DNA of 64,000 bases from Nitrospirota bacterium (GTDB lineage: Bacteria; Nitrospirota; Thermodesulfovibrionia; Thermodesulfovibrionales; Dissulfurispiraceae), in NCBI GenBank assembly GCA_963790025.1, contig CAWBMP010000004.1, positions 1,024,001 through 1,088,000 on the forward strand, given 5' to 3'. A program made the translations under genes and the position numbers. Positions 59,901 to 64,000 of the stretch are shown here, piece by piece. Below the pieces are notes generated by a model. That model saw only the letters and a list, made by a program, of their open reading frames with translations. It searched no databases and had not been told where the DNA came from. The first letter of the stretch is position 1. Each line of letters begins with the position of its first letter.

Positions 59901-60094
59901 TTGCCGGTTCTATTATCCAAAAAATTTGTTGGCGGATAATCACAGCGGATGACAGCAATAACCTTCTTCGGAACAGAAGACGCATGATAAGGTGCAGTCC
60001 GGGCATTTTCACCTGCTGATTGAGCAGCAGATACAAGTAATGACAGTATAGCTAAAATTAGTGATATTTTAGAGCTATGAGATTTACCTTTCAC
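56936..60094 (-). CDS. Sensor kinase: SBP_bac_3 periplasmic domain, multiple PAS, HisKA_2/HATPase
   Basis: 'DYPP...TGFFVDV', PAS repeats, 'EIHHRVKNN', 'NELLTNAFKYAF', 'DNGVG'. Confidence 0.92.
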   Translation of the reverse strand: MKGKSHSSKISLILAILSLLVSAAQSAGENARTAPYHASSVPKKVIAVIRCDYPPTNFLDNRTGKPTGFFVDVMDKVAERAGLQVYYMCDNSWPSIIDKVERGEADLSGMIISEERKKDLLFTTPIDISYISFFVRSQSSIDADRLPEGITVGLLKKSATYDKLKDRPNISFVQNDNLQEALFALLAGKIDLFAGPESIILELARESGLEGRIKKVGKPLDEAKRCIAVRKDNVALLELLNRTIGGFVGGPEYQQIYMKWYGKPIPYWTTKRIVTVGGIFLFITVGGMALWRYLTIIKLNKELRQNIAERKRAEQTLRETEERFRKIFENGPLGMAMVGLDLRYKKVNDRMCQLVGYSEEELTTKSVCDITYPDDAGKDTEQAEQLLKRKILFFSIEKRYLSKSGGILWVNLTVSLLSSETNEPLYFITMVEDITKRKRAEKALVESEKFLQTIIETEPECVKLLDANGRVLQMNRAGLSMIEADCLEQIKGQSVYTLVTEEYRGAFKSLTEDVFGGESGTLEFEAIGLKGAHIWFETHAVPLRNDKDEIVALLGITRDVTEHKRIVGQLKKDHENFLRIFSAAPVGLLLLNRETVITRANEAIRGMVVREPAEVIGMRAGGGLGCIHSLEDPRGCGFSMSCPDCNLRRGIENVIAEGSKMHGVLINLKLLVSGIPQQRWLSISAEPYQFDGQPNVIVAVDDYTDRKHTEEALIISEKKFKSLFNSINDAILILDLPGHIVEANNVACDRLGYNKEELLRMKPADLDTPEYTDLVSQRINKIQKDGELIFETAQMKRDGTVIPTEINCRIVEYEGRPAMLSICRDITDRKHAEKQIRQSLREKETLLREIHHRVKNNMAVVSSLLALQANAIKDPNIKHLFEESQQRVKSISLVHEKLCGTKDLSSINFKDHINSIIQEIMALYHIDDNLITMVLNIEDIEFDLESAVPCGLIINELLTNAFKYAFPDNRRGVLSVYFTRAENTYALTIKDNGVGLPEGFDYKETTTLGFQLVDVLAKQLMGTLQLISDGGTEALVTFTIGNKDGKEENTDS

Positions 60095-60494
60095 ACCAAT
60101 TCCTCATCAGAAGCGTTTGACTTTACTTAAAAAACCTCTCATTAGTCCAAGTTGCAACAAAATTTCCTTCAATATATTAACAAATAAACATAGTTGTCAA
60201 CACGGGTGGAATTTCCAAACCTTCCAGCTATAATCGATAGTGAAAAATGAAGATTCGCCGAGTAGTTTAAAGAGAAACTATTGCATATTGATGAGCCGTA
60301 CTAGATGAATATTTCGTTATGTAGAACTATCTGAGCTGAACCGCCACTGTGCACATTTTAGAAGAATTTAGTAAACAATGTGTAACTGTTTCCAATCGGA
60401 ACTCTCAGGGCAAACAGGTTCGTAGCGAGTGTTGGTTACCGGAAATATATCGCGGAAGATGATAGCTCGGCATATCCTGCGGTTGTTTAACCTC

Positions 60495-61679
60495 TTATGT
60501 GCCGACTTCTGACTGAAGACCAGGAACAGAATAAATAACGACCCTGTTTCGGCCAGAGCGCTTTGCCTGGTACAGAGCATAGTCGGCAGCAGCAACAAGT
60601 TTCGCCTTTAGGCTGTGCAAGATCGGGTCTTCCTCTTCTTCCGTTAGCCCAGGAGAATTGTCCGGCTTTTCTTCGGTCCACCATTCAGTTAGAGATTGAG
60701 CTACGCCGACGCTCACAGTAACATTCTCTATTCTTTCTCTCTCGTTAGAAGCACCTACTATCGGGAGGGGTTGTTTTGCTATGCGATCACGTATGGTCTC
60801 GGCCGTTGCGGCAGCATCTTCCATGCTTATAGACTGGAAGACCACAGCGAACTCCTCGCCGCCATATCGAGCTGGAATGCCACCTTTGCTAACAGCAACT
60901 TCCTTCATAAGTGCGGCTACTATTCGCAGCGCATTGTCTCCGGTTTGATGGCCATACGTATCGTTGAAGCGTTTGAAATGGTCGATGTCCATCATGAGCA
61001 GACAGATAATTTCCCCTGACGATCTGGCTGTCTTAAAAAGCTTGCCTAGTTGTTCATCAAAACTGCGTCTGTTATAGACCTGTGTCAGCTTATCAATAGA
61101 GGCGATCTTTTCCAGGGCAACGACTTTTTTCTTCCATTGATCGGTTTCTTCAGCCTTCTCCCGCCAGGCAGCAGCCTCTTTTACAAATTTATCCATCATC
61201 TTGGCAGCAGTGGAACTGACCTCCGAAATCATTTTTGCTTTATCCTCATACTGCTCAATGATGCTGATAGTCTCCACTTTCATATTGTCAATATCGGCAA
61301 GTTTTTCTGTAATTCCCGAGCGTCCAAACTCTATGAGGCGCAAATAATTTGTTAGCATCTCCTGAAAGAGTTTCTTCTCAGCTGCCCGAAGTTGCCATTC
61401 TTTCTCTTCGATTTGTTGTTTGACAAAAGCTTCTTCCTTATGAGGTAAGGCATAAATGTCCAGTATTTCAGGAAAGATGGTGTTGTAGAAGGCGGTTGAG
61501 AAGTCTTTTGTCTGTAATATCCGCTTTAGCAGGCTGTGAAACATCTGCTTTTGCTTTTCCGAGAAACAGTCCATTTCCCCGACATCGCGCAAAAAACCTA
61601 AGATGCCGCGCCACTTTATATCCTTGGGGACGCCTGCATCTTCAAAAAGTCGACAAACTTCATTACAGGGTTTTGTCAT
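60495..61679 (-). CDS. Diguanylate cyclase (GGDEF)
   Basis: 'DKLTQVYNRR', 'DIDHFKRFNDTYGHQTGD', 'RYGGEEF', 'AKRSGRNRV'. Confidence 0.93.
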   Translation of the reverse strand: MTKPCNEVCRLFEDAGVPKDIKWRGILGFLRDVGEMDCFSEKQKQMFHSLLKRILQTKDFSTAFYNTIFPEILDIYALPHKEEAFVKQQIEEKEWQLRAAEKKLFQEMLTNYLRLIEFGRSGITEKLADIDNMKVETISIIEQYEDKAKMISEVSSTAAKMMDKFVKEAAAWREKAEETDQWKKKVVALEKIASIDKLTQVYNRRSFDEQLGKLFKTARSSGEIICLLMMDIDHFKRFNDTYGHQTGDNALRIVAALMKEVAVSKGGIPARYGGEEFAVVFQSISMEDAAATAETIRDRIAKQPLPIVGASNERERIENVTVSVGVAQSLTEWWTEEKPDNSPGLTEEEEDPILHSLKAKLVAAADYALYQAKRSGRNRVVIYSVPGLQSEVGT

Positions 61680-62185
61680 AATGGATTTCTTCCTTACCGC
61701 CCATGTGCCGTTTAACTATAAGTAGCTATGCTTATGAAAAATCCTTCTCTACCAAAAACATTTTTTGTTTTGCCGTTATTACTTGAAAAGACATTGGAAT
61801 TTTATCATAAATCTCATATCTTTGGGTATGAAAAAAGTGAGGAATCATTCCCAAGCCGCATGGAAAATCTCAACTGGAACTAGACACGTGTTCATCTCTA
61901 TTTTTTCAAAAAGGTTTTTTTAGAAGTTCCGTAGGGGCCAATAGCGCTGGAGCAGTCAAGATTTCTGGGGAAATCTCTCCCCATTCCCCAAATCACTGAA
62001 AGTCTTGGTTTCCAAAAAAAAGAAATTTTGAGATTTTGATAGTAATGAGGTTAAGCGTCATTCCGCAAGCTTCCTTACCTCATCCCCAACTACGGCAAAG
62101 CCCCTGCCCTGCTCGCCGTGCATAGTACAAAAAAGAACTTCTCACTACATGTTTCGCAGCGAAATCCATTGTTCCCCTGCCGGGG

Positions 62186-62304
62186 GTGGCACGGTTTGCA
62201 CCGGAACGGGAGGCAAGTTTGCAATGGAATCGGTGGCAGGTTTAAATCGGAACAGCCGGAAGGAATCAAGCGGAACAGGTGGCAGAACTGGTTCGGAAAA
62301 TGCA
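62186..62304 (+). mobile_element. Orphan IS21-family-like terminal repeat array
   Basis: GGAA at exact 23-bp period (62203, 62226, 62249, 62272, 62295), GTGGCAG-like heads, ends ...AATGCA; no istA/istB adjacent. Confidence 0.65.
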
Positions 62305-62313
62305 CCTGCCTCA

Positions 62314-63564
62314 TTACTTTATCCACGTCATCTCCCTCATATTTGACCCATGATAATCATCAGGTATATGCACTGCACCCGAGAATACAATTTGCACCCT
62401 GTCCGTTGGTTTGATCTCAACGAATGGCAGAAACTTATCTGCCCTTTGTTCCAATTTTGAGGCGAGTTTTTCGGCAGCATTACTGGCACCACTGTAGAGA
62501 CCTTCGCGTATGGCACTGCCGGTAATGCTCGAAGTGACGACACCTGTTGAAGCGCTTACGGAAGTCGTCGTTTCCCCTATGGCTAATCCCTTTGAAATCC
62601 CGGAGGCAAAAGAAGCTAAAATAAGCTCTGCAATATAGGGACCTGATCTCTCATCTACTCTTCCTTTCAGGCCGATGAGTCCATCGCTCAAATCGACAAT
62701 ATACCCGTCAACAGCCTGCTCAATATACTCTCCGCCTATATAACAGTTTAAAGTTTTAGCCTGCATATATACCCTTGCAGCTGATAGATCTGCACTTGCG
62801 GCAGCAATGATTGCACAATCCTTTATCGGGCGGCTTGTTGCATTTGGGCCAATAGATGCAGAGGTGATATCTATAACAACAGGATAGGGAAGTCCCGAGA
62901 CTGCAGCTACGCCATGCGAGAGCGAACCTAGTGCACGGGAGCCTCCCAGCAGGTTTTTCTCACGCTCCTTTTTATTCTCCTGAGAAGTTCCTGCAGTATA
63001 AAGTTGTGTACGCTGGGTTGCCGGCAATGCCGGCGGGGGCAATACCCTTTGCATTGGCTGATAAGCTGGAATATTGGCCTTTTTTTGTTCTTGTGCTGCC
63101 ATAAAGTTCACAGCTTCGCCAGGGCTTGTAAAAGCCGGGGCTCGTTTCTGCGCGTCAGCCGCCGAAAGCTGGCCCCCGGATCCAGCCCATAACTGCTGTG
63201 CGGATACCGGCGGTTGAAGTTTAATTTCTTCCTTCAGCCCCTTGCCTTTCAGTTCCTGATTCTCCTTCGTAAGATTTAAAATCTTTTCCTGGTCAGCTTT
63301 GCCTTTGTCGCTCAACAACCTGTTTGCTTCAGCAATATCTTCCCTTGATTGGTTTTGGCTTTTTATGTTATATTTTTTTGCGCCATTCAATCCGGCAGGT
63401 CCGGCTATTAGAGCATGAATAACGGCAACACTGATAAAAATTATCACAATAGTTGCCATAGTTCTCGGCAGACTGCCAAAAAAAAATCTGCGAATGCCGG
63501 ATCCCCGTCTTTCAGGTGATATTTTTTCCATTTCAATCGGTTCCGACGCATTCATATCATGCAT
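62314..63564 (-). CDS. traB: TraB/VirB10-family T4SS core protein
   Basis: TM, coiled coil, Pro-rich linker, 'DCAIIAAASADLSAARVY...LNC', 'GLKGRV'. Confidence 0.82.
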   Translation of the reverse strand: MHDMNASEPIEMEKISPERRGSGIRRFFFGSLPRTMATIVIIFISVAVIHALIAGPAGLNGAKKYNIKSQNQSREDIAEANRLLSDKGKADQEKILNLTKENQELKGKGLKEEIKLQPPVSAQQLWAGSGGQLSAADAQKRAPAFTSPGEAVNFMAAQEQKKANIPAYQPMQRVLPPPALPATQRTQLYTAGTSQENKKEREKNLLGGSRALGSLSHGVAAVSGLPYPVVIDITSASIGPNATSRPIKDCAIIAAASADLSAARVYMQAKTLNCYIGGEYIEQAVDGYIVDLSDGLIGLKGRVDERSGPYIAELILASFASGISKGLAIGETTTSVSASTGVVTSSITGSAIREGLYSGASNAAEKLASKLEQRADKFLPFVEIKPTDRVQIVFSGAVHIPDDYHGSNMREMTWIK

Positions 63565-63569
63565 ATGCT

Positions 63570-63983
63570 TTATTGTCCTCCGGGGATAATAACTAGGTAA
63601 ACAAGCATTTTATGCTGCCCCGCAGCTGCCTTTTCAGCATCCCGCGGAGTCGGGGCCATATAGCCGCCCTCTCTTTCAAATGCCACAGCCACTACATTAG
63701 GACCTACAAAGTCCTGCTCCGATATTACCAATGGCAGAATTGACTTATTCTTCAGTTCAACAATAAAACCTGTAAAAAAGGAAGATAGATATACTTTTTT
63801 AACTATCGCTTCCATTAGACCGTTCTTACTAAATTTTTTTAGGAGTTGGTCTCGTTCAGAAACGGAAAATCCTGCAAGCGGCTCATCCCCCGCCATTGCG
63901 ACCGTCAGCGTTACAGGATCTATATCCTTAGTTAAACGCTGCTCTTCCTGGACCTTTTGTTCAATGACCTGCCTCATATCCAT
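63570..63983 (-). CDS. Protein upstream of traB (possibly TraK-like; may extend beyond window)
   Basis: Position directly upstream of traB; no diagnostic motif. Confidence 0.45.
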   Translation of the reverse strand: MDMRQVIEQKVQEEQRLTKDIDPVTLTVAMAGDEPLAGFSVSERDQLLKKFSKNGLMEAIVKKVYLSSFFTGFIVELKNKSILPLVISEQDFVGPNVVAVAFEREGGYMAPTPRDAEKAAAGQHKMLVYLVIIPGGQ

Positions 63984-64000
63984 TATATCAACAACAAAGT

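Noticed and set aside
60289..60355. Group II intron domain V fragment (GAGCCGTA / GAACCGCC)
   Set aside because: Only short word matches; no D5 hairpin or intron ORF
61900..62130. Possible oriT (hairpins such as ATGAGG...CCTCAT)
   Set aside because: No recognisable nic consensus and far from the relaxase; cannot be supported
62186..62304. CRISPR array
   Set aside because: Period is only 23 bp, there are no unique spacers and no cas genes
2540..63192. Numerous short antisense or overlapping ORFs in the six-frame track
   Set aside because: They are shadows of well-supported genes on the other strand or frame and have no motifs

Overview
Bacterial DNA of roughly 45% GC by eye. The style suggests Nitrospirota or Deltaproteobacteria, but this is inference only. 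After the 3' end of an NrfD/HybB-type membrane gene, almost the whole window (about 1.6-64 kb, backbone on the - strand) is a large conjugative island that continues past the right edge. It encodes an F/G-type-like type IV secretion system (TraB, TraV, TraU, TraF, TraH-like, TraG/VirB6-like, lytic transglycosylase, TraC/VirB4), a VirD4 coupling protein and a Replic_Relax/MOB_C-like relaxase. These are interleaved with two type IV filament gene sets: 3 secretins, 2 PilB/GspE ATPases with MshEN-like N-termini, 3 PilT-like ATPases, 2 platform proteins and 4 prepilins. Six backbone operons are preceded by one shared motif (core AAGTAATAT on the - strand), and five cargo blocks sit just upstream of such a motif. 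The cargo is four toxin-antitoxin-type modules (two flanked by inverted repeats), a K+ homeostasis block with a c-di-AMP riboswitch-kimA unit, and a signalling block (GGDEF, PAS kinase/LuxR pair, probable c-di-GMP-I riboswitch leading MCP-HDOD-CheR/PilZ). Two secretin genes 21.6 kb apart share a ~600 bp near-identical tract. No integrase, att site, oriT, prepilin peptidase, tRNA, rRNA or CRISPR array could be identified. All product calls come from motif recognition by eye, without database searches.
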